DNA of 20,000 nt from Myxococcota bacterium. GTDB lineage: Bacteria; Myxococcota_C; UBA6777. Under the pieces are notes generated by a model. That model was not told the DNA's origin and made no database searches. It worked only from the letters and a program-made list of their open reading frames with translations. A program made the translations under genes and the position numbers. The stretch's first letter is position 1. Each line of letters starts with the position of its first letter. Positions 9,351 through 18,333 of this stretch are shown piece after piece. Location: the NCBI GenBank assembly GCA_023150835.1, contig JAKLKB010000015.1, positions 50,920-70,919 of the forward strand, given 5' to 3'.

Positions 9351-10454
9351 TTAGCGTTCCTCGGCCATCGAAGTGGCCCCTGCTTTGAGCATCTCAGCCT
9401 GCATCGAAGAGGTGAGCGGCTCGATCATGTCCTGTAATGCGCCGTTGACCACTTGATCCAACTTGTACAAAGTCAACGAGATGCGGTGATCCGTCACGCG
9501 GTTTTGTGGGAAGTTGTAGGTGCGGATCTTTTCCGAACGATCGCCCGATCCGATCTGAGAACGCCGCATCGCCGTCTCTTCGGCCTTTTTGCGTTCGAGT
9601 TCCATATCGTACAACCGCGAGCGCAAAACGGTCAGCGCTTTGGCTTTGTTCTTGTGTTGAGACTTTTCGTCTTGGCAAGTCACCACCAACCCCGTCGGCA
9701 AGTGCGTGATCCGCACCGCCGAATCGGTGGTGTTGACGCTCTGTCCGCCCGGTCCGCTCGAACGATACACATCGATCTTCAGGTCTTTCTCTTCGATCTG
9801 GACGTCGACTTCTTCTGCTTCGGGCAAGACCGCCACCGTCACCGCAGAAGTATGCACGCGCCCTTGTGTTTCCGTCGCTGGAACCCGCTGAACGCGATGC
9901 ACACCGCTTTCCCACTTCAATCGCGAATACACACGATCCCCTTGGATCTGTGCGATCACTTCCTTGTATCCGCCCAAGCCCGTCTCGTTGGCATCCAAGA
10001 TCTCGACCCGCCATCGCATCCGCTCTGCATAACGCAGATACATCCGAAACAGCTCTGCCGCAAACAAGGTCGCTTCATCGCCCCCCGTGCCCGCTCGGAT
10101 CTCCAAGATGACGTTGCGTGCGTCGTTGGGATCTTTCGGCAACAACAAGATCTGCAAACGCTCGCTCAATCTCTCCAATTCACCGCGTGTTTGCTCGATC
10201 TCTTCGCGGCACATCGCCAACAACTCACCGTCGCTCTCGGTTTGCTCCATCTGTTGGGCATCCTTCAACGCCTGTTCCGTTTCGCGGTACGCACGAAACA
10301 CGCTCGTGATCTCCCTGATCTCGGCGTGTTCACGGCCAAGCTTTTGCTGAAGCTCGCGATCCTCCCAGATATTTGGGTCTGCCAGATCGCGTTCGATCTT
10401 CTCGAACTTTTGCTCAACGCCCTTCAATTGTTCCACCAACGCTGTATTCAACAT
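9351..10454 (-). CDS. prfA: Peptide chain release factor 1
   Basis: EIRAGTGGDEA, ESGVHRVQRVPATE (RF1-specific PxT), SSGPGGQSVNTTDSAVRITH (GGQ), GDRSEKIRTYNFPQNRVTDHRI. Confidence 0.98.
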   Translation of the reverse strand: MLNTALVEQLKGVEQKFEKIERDLADPNIWEDRELQQKLGREHAEIREITSVFRAYRETEQALKDAQQMEQTESDGELLAMCREEIEQTRGELERLSERLQILLLPKDPNDARNVILEIRAGTGGDEATLFAAELFRMYLRYAERMRWRVEILDANETGLGGYKEVIAQIQGDRVYSRLKWESGVHRVQRVPATETQGRVHTSAVTVAVLPEAEEVDVQIEEKDLKIDVYRSSGPGGQSVNTTDSAVRITHLPTGLVVTCQDEKSQHKNKAKALTVLRSRLYDMELERKKAEETAMRRSQIGSGDRSEKIRTYNFPQNRVTDHRISLTLYKLDQVVNGALQDMIEPLTSSMQAEMLKAGATSMAEER

Positions 10455-10658
10455 CGCTCGTCACCTTTCTAAGAAAGAAATACCCCGACTGTACGCCAAC
10501 GCAAAAGGTCACGCGCCTGTCGACGGCTCAAGTTTCGATGATTTGGGAGATTTGGAGAAAGAAAAGAAAAAAAGCCCGAACGGGCCGAGGGGAAGGGCTA
10601 GTGTTCGGAGAGTCTCACAAGAGGGCAGAAGCTCACAGACCGATGCGCTGCTGACGAC

Positions 10659-10686
10659 TTGACAGCAAGGCGTGTCTTTCTATACT
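10659..10686 (+). promoter_or_regulatory. Sigma70-type promoter upstream of the POT transporter
   Basis: TTGACA (10659-10664), 16-bp spacer, TATACT (10681-10686) in the divergent prfA/POT intergenic region. Confidence 0.65.
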
Positions 10687-10917
10687 GCGGTCTTTTCATC
10701 AAGGGCCTCCATCCGTCCTTCGCTCTGCGATGATCTCCATGCGAACGGCTTTCTGCGTACCACACACGGATCGCGAACGCACGTTAAGAGACAAACCAAC
10801 ACTTGTCAACCCAAACTTTCGTCAGCTTCGGTGTTTGCTGCACTTGTCTGCACCACGATACCTCGGCCACCAAGCCGCTCGAACCGCCCACTCTCGACAG
10901 AAAGGAATTACTGCTTC

Positions 10918-12750
10918 ATGAAGCCTGTCAAACAAAGCCAGCCACCCGGCCTTTACGTCTTGTTTTTCGCAGAGGCATGGGAACGCTTTTCGTATTACGG
11001 TATGCGCGCTCTGCTTGTTCTCTACATGGTTGGACACCTCGACTTTGACAAGAACCAAGCTCTTTCGGTCTATGGGACTTATACGGGCCTTGTTTATCTG
11101 ACTCCCGTGTTGGGGGGCTATCTCGCAGACCGCTTTTTGGGGGCACGCAAGGCCATCCTGATCGGCGGGATCATCATGGCATTGGGCCATCTCGCGATGG
11201 CCTTTGAGAGTATGCTCTATCCCGCCCTGACGTTGCTGATCATCGGAAACGGCTTCTTTAAGCCCAATATCTCGACGATCGTCGGCGGCCTCTACGAAGA
11301 AAAAGACGCACGCCGCGACGGTGGATTCGCGATCTTTTATATGGGCATCAACCTTGGGGCATTCTTTTCTCCCCTTGTCTGCGGCTCTTTGGGACAACAA
11401 TACTACGAACTCACCCTTTTTGGGACCAAGATGCAGATCGGCGGATGGCACTGGGGCTTTGGAGCCGCAGGGATCGGTATGATCATCGGCCTGCTCGTCT
11501 TTCTTGCCGGGCAGCGCTTCCTTGGCACCATCGGATTCCCTCCCCACATCACGAATCCCACCGCAGAAACACGACTTAACGCCAAAGACTGGCGCGATAT
11601 CTTCTTGATGGTGATCGCGGCTTGTCTTGTGACGGCGGCGGTCATGCCTTTGTGGGAACCCACCAGTTGGGTCGTTCGCTTGATCCTCGGACTCGTTTTG
11701 ATCAGCGTCTTTTTCTTCGGATGGACCGACGAATCTGGCTCACAACAGCACCATCACCAAGCCGAACAGCCCACACTCACCAAAGAAGAAACCGACCGCA
11801 TCGTCTACATCCTCATGATGTGTGTGCCGATCATCGTCTTTTGGCTCGGCTTTGAACAAGCAGGCGGAACCTTTAACCTCTTTGCTCAAAACAACACCGC
11901 CCTCCCCCGCTACGCATACTGCGCCGCCAAAGAATCCAAAAAAGTCAAAGAATCCAACCTCTTCAACCTTAAACTCATCGGTCAAACCGAGTCTTTCAAG
12001 CGCGGTGAACAAAAGAAAAGCGCAAAAGATCCCAACCAAAAACCAACAGAACACTACAAGCCCAAGATCAAGTGTCTTCCAAGCGCTCCCCCCCAAGCCA
12101 TCGCAGCCACCACCCCCAAGATCACTTGCCCCGCCAACGAAGTCGCCAAAGTCTGGGAGATGCCCGCCTCCTACTTCCAATCGCTCAACCCGATGCTGAT
12201 CATGCTACTCGCTCCGCTGTTTTCGCTGATGTGGCTGCGGATGGGCAACTGGAAAAAGCCCCCCTCCGTCACCACCAAGATGTCTTTTGGCGTCCTGTTC
12301 TTGGGGATCGGCTTTATCATTATGTTCGCTGGAGCGGCCTTTACCGCTCATGGGCGTGTCAATCCAATGTGGCTTGTCGGCGTCTATTTCTTCCACACCG
12401 TCGGCGAGTTGTGCTTGTCACCTGTCGGCCTTTCGATGGTCACCAAGGTCGCTCCCTTGCGCCTTGTCTCCTTGATGATGGGCGTCTTCTTCGCTGCCAC
12501 CGCCAGCGCCAACTATCTCGCTGGGAACCTCGAACAACTCCTCGACAAAGAGATGATCGCCGGTCCCATCGACCTGATCAGCGTCAAGATCGTCGCTCTC
12601 TTGGGCATCTCTGAAAATGCCCTCACCTGCGAGATGTACGGATTTATGCGCATCAGCGTCTTTGTTACCGTCCTTTCTGTTGTCTCTTTCGTCTTCTTCC
12701 TCCTCACCCGCAAAGTCGTTGAACGCCTCTCACACGGACGCTCCGCCTGA
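10918..12750 (+). CDS. POT/PTR family proton-coupled di/tripeptide MFS transporter
   Basis: EAWERFSYYGMRA (ExxERF motif), GGYLADRFLG, GNGFFKPNIS, FYMGINLGAF, FEQAG, FQSLNP, GELCLSPVGLS. Start placed at ATG 10918 after AGAAAGGA. Confidence 0.95.
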   Translation: MKPVKQSQPPGLYVLFFAEAWERFSYYGMRALLVLYMVGHLDFDKNQALSVYGTYTGLVYLTPVLGGYLADRFLGARKAILIGGIIMALGHLAMAFESMLYPALTLLIIGNGFFKPNISTIVGGLYEEKDARRDGGFAIFYMGINLGAFFSPLVCGSLGQQYYELTLFGTKMQIGGWHWGFGAAGIGMIIGLLVFLAGQRFLGTIGFPPHITNPTAETRLNAKDWRDIFLMVIAACLVTAAVMPLWEPTSWVVRLILGLVLISVFFFGWTDESGSQQHHHQAEQPTLTKEETDRIVYILMMCVPIIVFWLGFEQAGGTFNLFAQNNTALPRYAYCAAKESKKVKESNLFNLKLIGQTESFKRGEQKKSAKDPNQKPTEHYKPKIKCLPSAPPQAIAATTPKITCPANEVAKVWEMPASYFQSLNPMLIMLLAPLFSLMWLRMGNWKKPPSVTTKMSFGVLFLGIGFIIMFAGAAFTAHGRVNPMWLVGVYFFHTVGELCLSPVGLSMVTKVAPLRLVSLMMGVFFAATASANYLAGNLEQLLDKEMIAGPIDLISVKIVALLGISENALTCEMYGFMRISVFVTVLSVVSFVFFLLTRKVVERLSHGRSA

Positions 12751-12796
12751 TCTCAACACTTCCTTACCAACCCTGCACGATACATGGGAGCGCGTG

Positions 12797-15724
12797 ATGG
12801 CCGACCTCTTGAAGCTTGAAGAAAAGCTACAGCTTCACACCAAACATCGCGAGGTGATCTGGGAAACCCCCGACCACCTTGACGATCCCCTACCCATCCT
12901 TTCTGCCGACGAGATCGAGCTTCGCTTCTATGAGCAGTTTTTCTTTGGCCGCGATCTCGAACCCTACCCTGTCCAAGAAGAAGCCTTTGGAGCGATCTTC
13001 CAAGGCGAAAACGCCCTCATCACCGTCCCCACAGGCACAGGCAAAACCATGATCGCCAAAGCAGGGATGTACAAAGCCCTGTATTCGGGGCGTAGCGCGA
13101 TCTATACAACGCCTCTTCGCGCACTCACCGAAGAAAAATACAGAGAGCTTTGCGACGACTTTGGCGAACAACACGTCGGATTCGCAACAGGCGACTACAA
13201 GATCAACGCCAAAGCCCCGATCCAAGTAGTCGTTGCCGAGATCCTTTGGAACCAGATCTTCAGCAATCGCCAGATCATGCCCGCTGACGTCGTGATCATG
13301 GATGAAGGCCACTACTTCAACGACCCCGAACGCGGCTATGTCTGGGAACAATCGATCATCGGCCTCCATCCGCGCACACAACTGATCGTCCTCTCCGCCA
13401 CCGTCGGAAACCCCCAACAGTTCTGCCAATGGTCTTATCTTGTGCGGCGCGCCCCCATGAAGCTCGTCTCCTCGGATGAACGGCGCGTTCCGCTTTATCA
13501 CAAGTATGAAGAAGAGTACCTTGTCGACCGCGCCAAAGACCTCTTCCATCATGGCGAATATCCCGTGATTATCTTCGTCTTTGGCCGACAACAATGCTTC
13601 GATTACGCTCGCCTGCTCAAAAGCTGCCGACGTTTTACCACCGACGCCGAGCAAAAGCTGATCGAGGCCGCGATCAACCCGATCCTCTTGCCCAAAGGCA
13701 TGGGCGAAACGCTGCGCTCGTTGCTGATGCACGGCATCGGTGTTCACCACGCAGGGATCTTGCCTGCCTACAAACGCCTTGTCGAAGAACTTACCCTCCA
13801 ACGCCTGATCAAATTCGTTGTCAGCACCGAGACCATCTCTGCGGGCATCAACCTTCCTGCCAAACGTGTGGTCTTTCCGAGCCTACGCAAACACGTCTCT
13901 GGCAAAGCCCGACTGTTGCGGCCTGACGAATACCACCAGATGGCGGGACGTGCGGGCCGCCCTCAATTCGACACCGAAGGCATCGCCATTACCCTCGCCC
14001 CCGAACAAGTCGTCCAAGAACTCCGAAAAGAACTTGCCGATGCTGCCCGTTCTCCCTACAAGATCGACGAAGCGCAGATCCGACGCCGTGCTTATTCTCG
14101 CGCACGCACAAAAGCCCAACAGAACGACGATATCATCTGGGATCAAGAAGCCCACCAATCCCTCGTCGATGGCAAACCTGCTGCCCTCAAAAGCCACACC
14201 AAGATCACCGCCGAACAGATCCTTGCCATCGGACTCCCCGACCTCAGCAGCGAGCGCCTGCCCGGCGAAGATCTCGTCAAAGCCGAGATCGAAGCCAAAG
14301 AACGAAAACGCCTCGAACGCGAACAAGAGATCGCACAACGCGAACAAGAAAAAGAACGCCGCGAACAACAACGCGCTCTCGGTAAACGCGGCTCTGGCCT
14401 TGGCTCCGCCTTTACTTCCCTCTCCACCCTTCTCCCCACTTCACCAGAAGACACTCCCCCCCCATCCACCGAGGAGATCGAACCTCTTACCGAAAACACG
14501 CAACAGCCCCCATCCACCGAGGAGATCGAACCTCTCACCGAAAACACGCAACAGCCCCCATCCACCGAGGAGATCGAACCTCTTACCGAAAACACGCAAC
14601 AGCCCCCATCCACCGAGGCATCCGAGCCTCCCACTTCCACCGACCCATCGTCTCTCCCAGTAAACGATGCAGAGCAAGCCGCACCTATCGCGGAAACAGA
14701 CGATGCCTCCGCCCGTATAGAGGACACGGCTCTCCACCAAGAGGCGGCCTTCACAACGACCTCTGCGGAAAATGCCGTCGCTCCGACGGTACGCCCTGCA
14801 CGCTCTTTTTCGCGATGGCCCGAACACGAACGAAAAAGTTGGATAGAACAAGCGATGGCCTTTGAAAAGCGCCCTCGCATCACCGAAGCATCCACAGAAA
14901 CATACCACGACGTCGTGGACTTGCGCGCTCCCTCGAAGCAACGCAAACACTTCAAAATGGATCAGGACTCTACAGAAAACTTTGCCCATCTTGCGGGACT
15001 TCCGGCGTATATGAAACTGGATATCCGCACGATCATCGACAACCTTTTCCTTGAGGATGTCGAAAAGCGCGAAGCGCACAAGATCCTCGTCAAGATCACT
15101 GCAAACCTCAAAGCGATGGGTGTTCTCAACGAGCGCGGCATCCAAGAAAAAGGCGAGTTGATCGGCAAACTGCGCGGAATCGACGGGCCGTATGTGTATT
15201 ATTGTTTGATGGAACACGATCTGTCTTATGTGCAATGCCGCGAATTGGTCGAATACCTCGTCGATCACGACGTGATCCAACGACGCCTCAATCGCAAAGA
15301 AGAAGACGAAAAAAGAGACTGGATCCGCAATCGCTTACGAGAACGGCGGCAAGAAAACCCGCAGATCACGTGGGACGATGTGCGCGAAGAATATGAGCGC
15401 GAATTCCCCCGTAAGCTCGAATGGATCGAAGAGCTTCATCAGCGCTTTTTGCGTCTAATCCCGCATCCCGAACTACACGGGGGAAAGCTTTACAAAAACA
15501 CTTGGGCGCAGATCGAAGATCAGCAACAAACCTTTGTCGAGTTCGTCTTACGCCACGATCTCGAACAAGAAGAAGGTAGCCTGTTCACTTACCTTGCTCG
15601 CGTGATGAAAAGCGCCCGCTTGCTTCACGAAGTGACGGGTATTCAAGAATTCCGCAAGATCGAAAGCAGCATTCGCTACAAACTGGCCGTCATCGACGAC
15701 CGCATCCTCGACGAGATCTGGTAG
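12797..15724 (+). CDS. Ski2-like DEAD/DEAH-box (SF2) helicase with a long low-complexity insertion
   Basis: Q-motif YPVQEEA, PTGTGKT, YTTPLRALTEEK, DEGH, LSAT, GIGVHHAG, TETISAGINLPA, QMAGRAGR. ATG 12797 follows GGGAG. Confidence 0.92.
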   Translation: MADLLKLEEKLQLHTKHREVIWETPDHLDDPLPILSADEIELRFYEQFFFGRDLEPYPVQEEAFGAIFQGENALITVPTGTGKTMIAKAGMYKALYSGRSAIYTTPLRALTEEKYRELCDDFGEQHVGFATGDYKINAKAPIQVVVAEILWNQIFSNRQIMPADVVIMDEGHYFNDPERGYVWEQSIIGLHPRTQLIVLSATVGNPQQFCQWSYLVRRAPMKLVSSDERRVPLYHKYEEEYLVDRAKDLFHHGEYPVIIFVFGRQQCFDYARLLKSCRRFTTDAEQKLIEAAINPILLPKGMGETLRSLLMHGIGVHHAGILPAYKRLVEELTLQRLIKFVVSTETISAGINLPAKRVVFPSLRKHVSGKARLLRPDEYHQMAGRAGRPQFDTEGIAITLAPEQVVQELRKELADAARSPYKIDEAQIRRRAYSRARTKAQQNDDIIWDQEAHQSLVDGKPAALKSHTKITAEQILAIGLPDLSSERLPGEDLVKAEIEAKERKRLEREQEIAQREQEKERREQQRALGKRGSGLGSAFTSLSTLLPTSPEDTPPPSTEEIEPLTENTQQPPSTEEIEPLTENTQQPPSTEEIEPLTENTQQPPSTEASEPPTSTDPSSLPVNDAEQAAPIAETDDASARIEDTALHQEAAFTTTSAENAVAPTVRPARSFSRWPEHERKSWIEQAMAFEKRPRITEASTETYHDVVDLRAPSKQRKHFKMDQDSTENFAHLAGLPAYMKLDIRTIIDNLFLEDVEKREAHKILVKITANLKAMGVLNERGIQEKGELIGKLRGIDGPYVYYCLMEHDLSYVQCRELVEYLVDHDVIQRRLNRKEEDEKRDWIRNRLRERRQENPQITWDDVREEYEREFPRKLEWIEELHQRFLRLIPHPELHGGKLYKNTWAQIEDQQQTFVEFVLRHDLEQEEGSLFTYLARVMKSARLLHEVTGIQEFRKIESSIRYKLAVIDDRILDEIW
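14459..14618. repeat. 48-bp in-frame tandem repeat (about 3.3 copies) inside the helicase gene
   Basis: Unit CCCCCATCCACCGAGGAGATCGAACCTCT(T/C)ACCGAAAACACGCAACAG at 14459, 14507, 14555 and partial at 14603. Encodes (PPSTEEIEPLTENTQQ)n. Confidence 0.97.
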
Positions 15725-15793
15725 CCCCAAGCACAACCGTTCGCATCGCTCCCTCCCGCTGCGCTCTCCGCCCCAACGAAAACCAGAAACCCG

Positions 15794-16654
15794 CTAGTCC
15801 AACGAAAACCAGAGATCACCTTCACACAAAACAGGCGATCGCTCCAACGCCACCAAGGCCAACTGCCCAGAATCCGAGCAAACAGGTTGCAGCGTGAAAG
15901 AACGTATCCATGCGTAGCCTCGATGTTGATCTTCACGCATACACTGTAGCCGCTGGCCTTGCGAGAGAGTCCCCGTATAACACAAGGCATACCACCAAAC
16001 GAGATCCTTCCCTTCCTGTGGGGCTTTGCGCACCCACTCACCCCAAGAGCGTTCCCGCAGCGATGCTCCACGCAAGCGATCTCCCACACACAACGATACA
16101 CCACCCACCCATTGCACCCACCCCTCTTCGCACAGGCTCGCACACGGTCCACCCTCCGCCCACAACGAACGGATGCGAATCAACCCGATTATCCGACCGT
16201 TTCGCATCACTTCAAAAGAGGCCCCACGCCGTATCTCTCGCCCTTCCACCGAAATCCGCGCAAGTCGCAGCCCTTCGGAAATCGTATACACCCGAATCAC
16301 GGACGATTGCGTAGATACGTGGCTCGTTCTCTCTGACAAAAACGGCAGCGCCAAATAAGACGTGTTGGTGTCGTGTGCTTTGCCGAAAACTTCGTCCTCA
16401 CCGCCTGCTCTGTTTGTGCTTGTCTGGGCCGAAGCAACTCCGAGCGATGGCGGGCATTTTTCTTCGACCACAAACCCCGCTGTCGGCCAATGATCCAAGA
16501 CTTCGTAGGCAAGGGCTGTTGCGCTTGGTTTGGCCCCATAGGCAAGGGCCATTGCGCTTGGTTTGGCCCCGCAGGCAAGGGCTGTTGCGCTTGGTTTGGG
16601 AAGTGGAGTGCGGCCTTGTGTTGCGGTGGTTTGGGCGTCATCAAGACCTCGCAT
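15794..16654 (-). CDS. Hypothetical protein: repeat-containing N-terminus and two putative IF2-C2/EF-Tu-like beta-barrels
   Basis: 286 aa. ATG preceded by GGAGG. Fills the gap between coaX and the convergent helicase. Barrel similarity is by eye only. Confidence 0.6.
   Translation of the reverse strand: MRGLDDAQTTATQGRTPLPKPSATALACGAKPSAMALAYGAKPSATALAYEVLDHWPTAGFVVEEKCPPSLGVASAQTSTNRAGGEDEVFGKAHDTNTSYLALPFLSERTSHVSTQSSVIRVYTISEGLRLARISVEGREIRRGASFEVMRNGRIIGLIRIRSLWAEGGPCASLCEEGWVQWVGGVSLCVGDRLRGASLRERSWGEWVRKAPQEGKDLVWWYALCYTGTLSQGQRLQCMREDQHRGYAWIRSFTLQPVCSDSGQLALVALERSPVLCEGDLWFSLD
16507..16599. repeat. 33-bp in-frame tandem repeat (about 2.8 copies)
   Basis: Unit AGGCAAGGGC(TG/CA)TTGCGCTTGGTTTGGCCCC.. 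at 16507, 16540 and 16573. Encodes KPSA(T/M)ALA(C/Y)GA on the minus strand. Confidence 0.95.
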
Positions 16655-16758
16655 CTTTTCCCTCCATTGGGTGGCGTGTGGCGGCGATCCGTTCGGTGCG
16701 TGCGTGACCTCGGATTGCGCTGAAACGTTCTCGCCGTTGGGTGACGGCGATGCTCGGC

Positions 16759-17529
16759 TCAGCGCACGTTGCGTTCGTAGATCAAGCGCAATCCTTCGAG
16801 GGTCAGATCGGGGATGGATTCTTGGATCAGCGCGGAATCTTGCGTAAACAGCGAGGCGAGTCCACCCGTCGAGATCACAAAAGGGTTGGCCTCATCGATC
16901 TCTTGGAGCATGCGTTTGGTGATCTCATCGATCAATCCGACGTAACCAAAGAACAGCCCTGCCTGCATACTTTGGACGGTATTGCGTCCGATCAAACGAG
17001 AGGGGCGTGTCACTTCGACACGCGGGAGTTTTGAGGCTCGTTGGAACAGGGCTTCCGCAGAGATGCCGATCCCGGGAGCGATGGCTCCGCCCATGTATTC
17101 GCCGCGTGGAGAGATGGCATCGAATGTCGTCGCTGTCCCCAAATCCACCACCACACCACCTTTGTGATAACGCTGATAAGCGGCTACCGCATTTACGATG
17201 CGATCCGCTCCGACTTCACGGGGGTTTTCGTACAAGATCGGCATCCCCGTTTTCAATCCGGGGCCGACCTGCATCGGTTTTTGGCTAAAATAACTCTCGC
17301 ACATATCCTCGATCACACCGCTAAGCGGCGGAACCACCGAGGCCATGATCACCCCTTGTACATCCGAGGATTCGATCTTGTGATGTTGAAGCAGCGAACG
17401 CACCAAGACACCGTACTCATCGGCAGTACGATCGCGTGAAGTCTGAAGACGCCAGTGATGCACAAGATCTTTGTCCCGATACAATCCCATCACAATGTTG
17501 GTGTTTCCGATATCGATCACAAGCAACAT
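16759..17529 (-). CDS. coaX: Type III pantothenate kinase
   Basis: MLLVIDIGNTNIVMG, ASVVPP, YENPREVGADRIVNAVAA, VVDLGTATTFD, GGAIAPG, ISTGG, PDLTLEGL. Start placed at ATG 17529. Confidence 0.96.
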   Translation of the reverse strand: MLLVIDIGNTNIVMGLYRDKDLVHHWRLQTSRDRTADEYGVLVRSLLQHHKIESSDVQGVIMASVVPPLSGVIEDMCESYFSQKPMQVGPGLKTGMPILYENPREVGADRIVNAVAAYQRYHKGGVVVDLGTATTFDAISPRGEYMGGAIAPGIGISAEALFQRASKLPRVEVTRPSRLIGRNTVQSMQAGLFFGYVGLIDEITKRMLQEIDEANPFVISTGGLASLFTQDSALIQESIPDLTLEGLRLIYERNVR

Positions 17530-17565
17530 ACGCAACTCCCCAACCATCGCAAAGGGAGACCGCGT

Positions 17566-18279
17566 TCACGGTCCCCAACCAACCCAATGTTCGCCGTCTT
17601 CAAAGTACTCTCTCTTCCAGATCGGCACAACCTCTTTCAATCGATCGATGGTAAACGAACACGCCGCAAAGGCTTCTTTACGATGCGGCGTCGAAACCGC
17701 GATCGCAACCGCAAGATCACCGATCGCCAACGTCCCGACGCGGTGATGGATCGCGATCTTGGCTTGAGGCCATTGTTCGAGGGCTTCATCGACCACACGC
17801 TGCATCTGAGTCAGCACCATCGGGGGGTAGGCTTCATAATCAAGATGCGTCACAACACGCCCCTGACTTTGGCGACGGACGGCCCCTGCGAAGGTGACGA
17901 CGGCCCCTGCCTCGCTGCGCTCCACAAGCCGCGAAACATCGGATACATCGAGTGGATCGAACGACAAGCGCAGACGGCCTTCTGCGGCAACAAGGCTTTC
18001 TGGTGGCTCAGAAGCCGCAGTTCGTGGATCGGGCGCACCACCACTCACAGGCGGCAACAGCGCGATCTCATCGCCATCACGAAGCGGCTCGTGAGACTCG
18101 GCGTATTGGTGGTTTCGAGCGATCGCCACACGCTCCACGATCGACCCCAAGGACGGATGCTTTCGCCCAAGTTCTCGCAAAAGTGCTTGAATATCCGCTC
18201 CCTCTGCGATCTCGATATCTTCTTCTCGCAAACCCACAAGTTCGCGCAACACCGCAAAATAACACACTCGAACGCGCAC
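17566..18279 (-). CDS. moaD-moaE: Fused molybdopterin synthase MoaD-MoaE (MoaX-like)
   Basis: MoaD part: VCYFAVLRE...LRDGDEIALLPPVSGG. MoaE part: AGAVVTFAGAVR, LDYEAYPPM, HRVGTLAIGD, STPHRKEAF, IDRLKEVVPIWKRE. Start placed at GTG 18279 after GAGG. Confidence 0.93.
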   Translation of the reverse strand: MRVRVCYFAVLRELVGLREEDIEIAEGADIQALLRELGRKHPSLGSIVERVAIARNHQYAESHEPLRDGDEIALLPPVSGGAPDPRTAASEPPESLVAAEGRLRLSFDPLDVSDVSRLVERSEAGAVVTFAGAVRRQSQGRVVTHLDYEAYPPMVLTQMQRVVDEALEQWPQAKIAIHHRVGTLAIGDLAVAIAVSTPHRKEAFAACSFTIDRLKEVVPIWKREYFEDGEHWVGWGP

Positions 18280-18333
18280 ACGCACCTCGCTTGCTAACGC
18301 ATTGATATGGCTTGTGATCAGGCTTATGCAGTT

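Noticed and set aside
10600-10660. Glycine riboswitch-like GGAGAG...GAAG
   Set aside because: Lacks CCGAAGG and CTCTCAGG core elements and lies upstream of the predicted promoter.
14245-15000. Intein in the helicase (or in PrmC)
   Set aside because: No C-terminal His-Asn followed by Cys/Ser/Thr, no splicing blocks and no LAGLIDADG motifs; the inserts are low-complexity.
16731-16750. Hairpin TCGCCGT-N6-ACGGCGA after coaX as a terminator
   Set aside because: A 7-bp stem is present but there is no following U-tract; function cannot be assigned.
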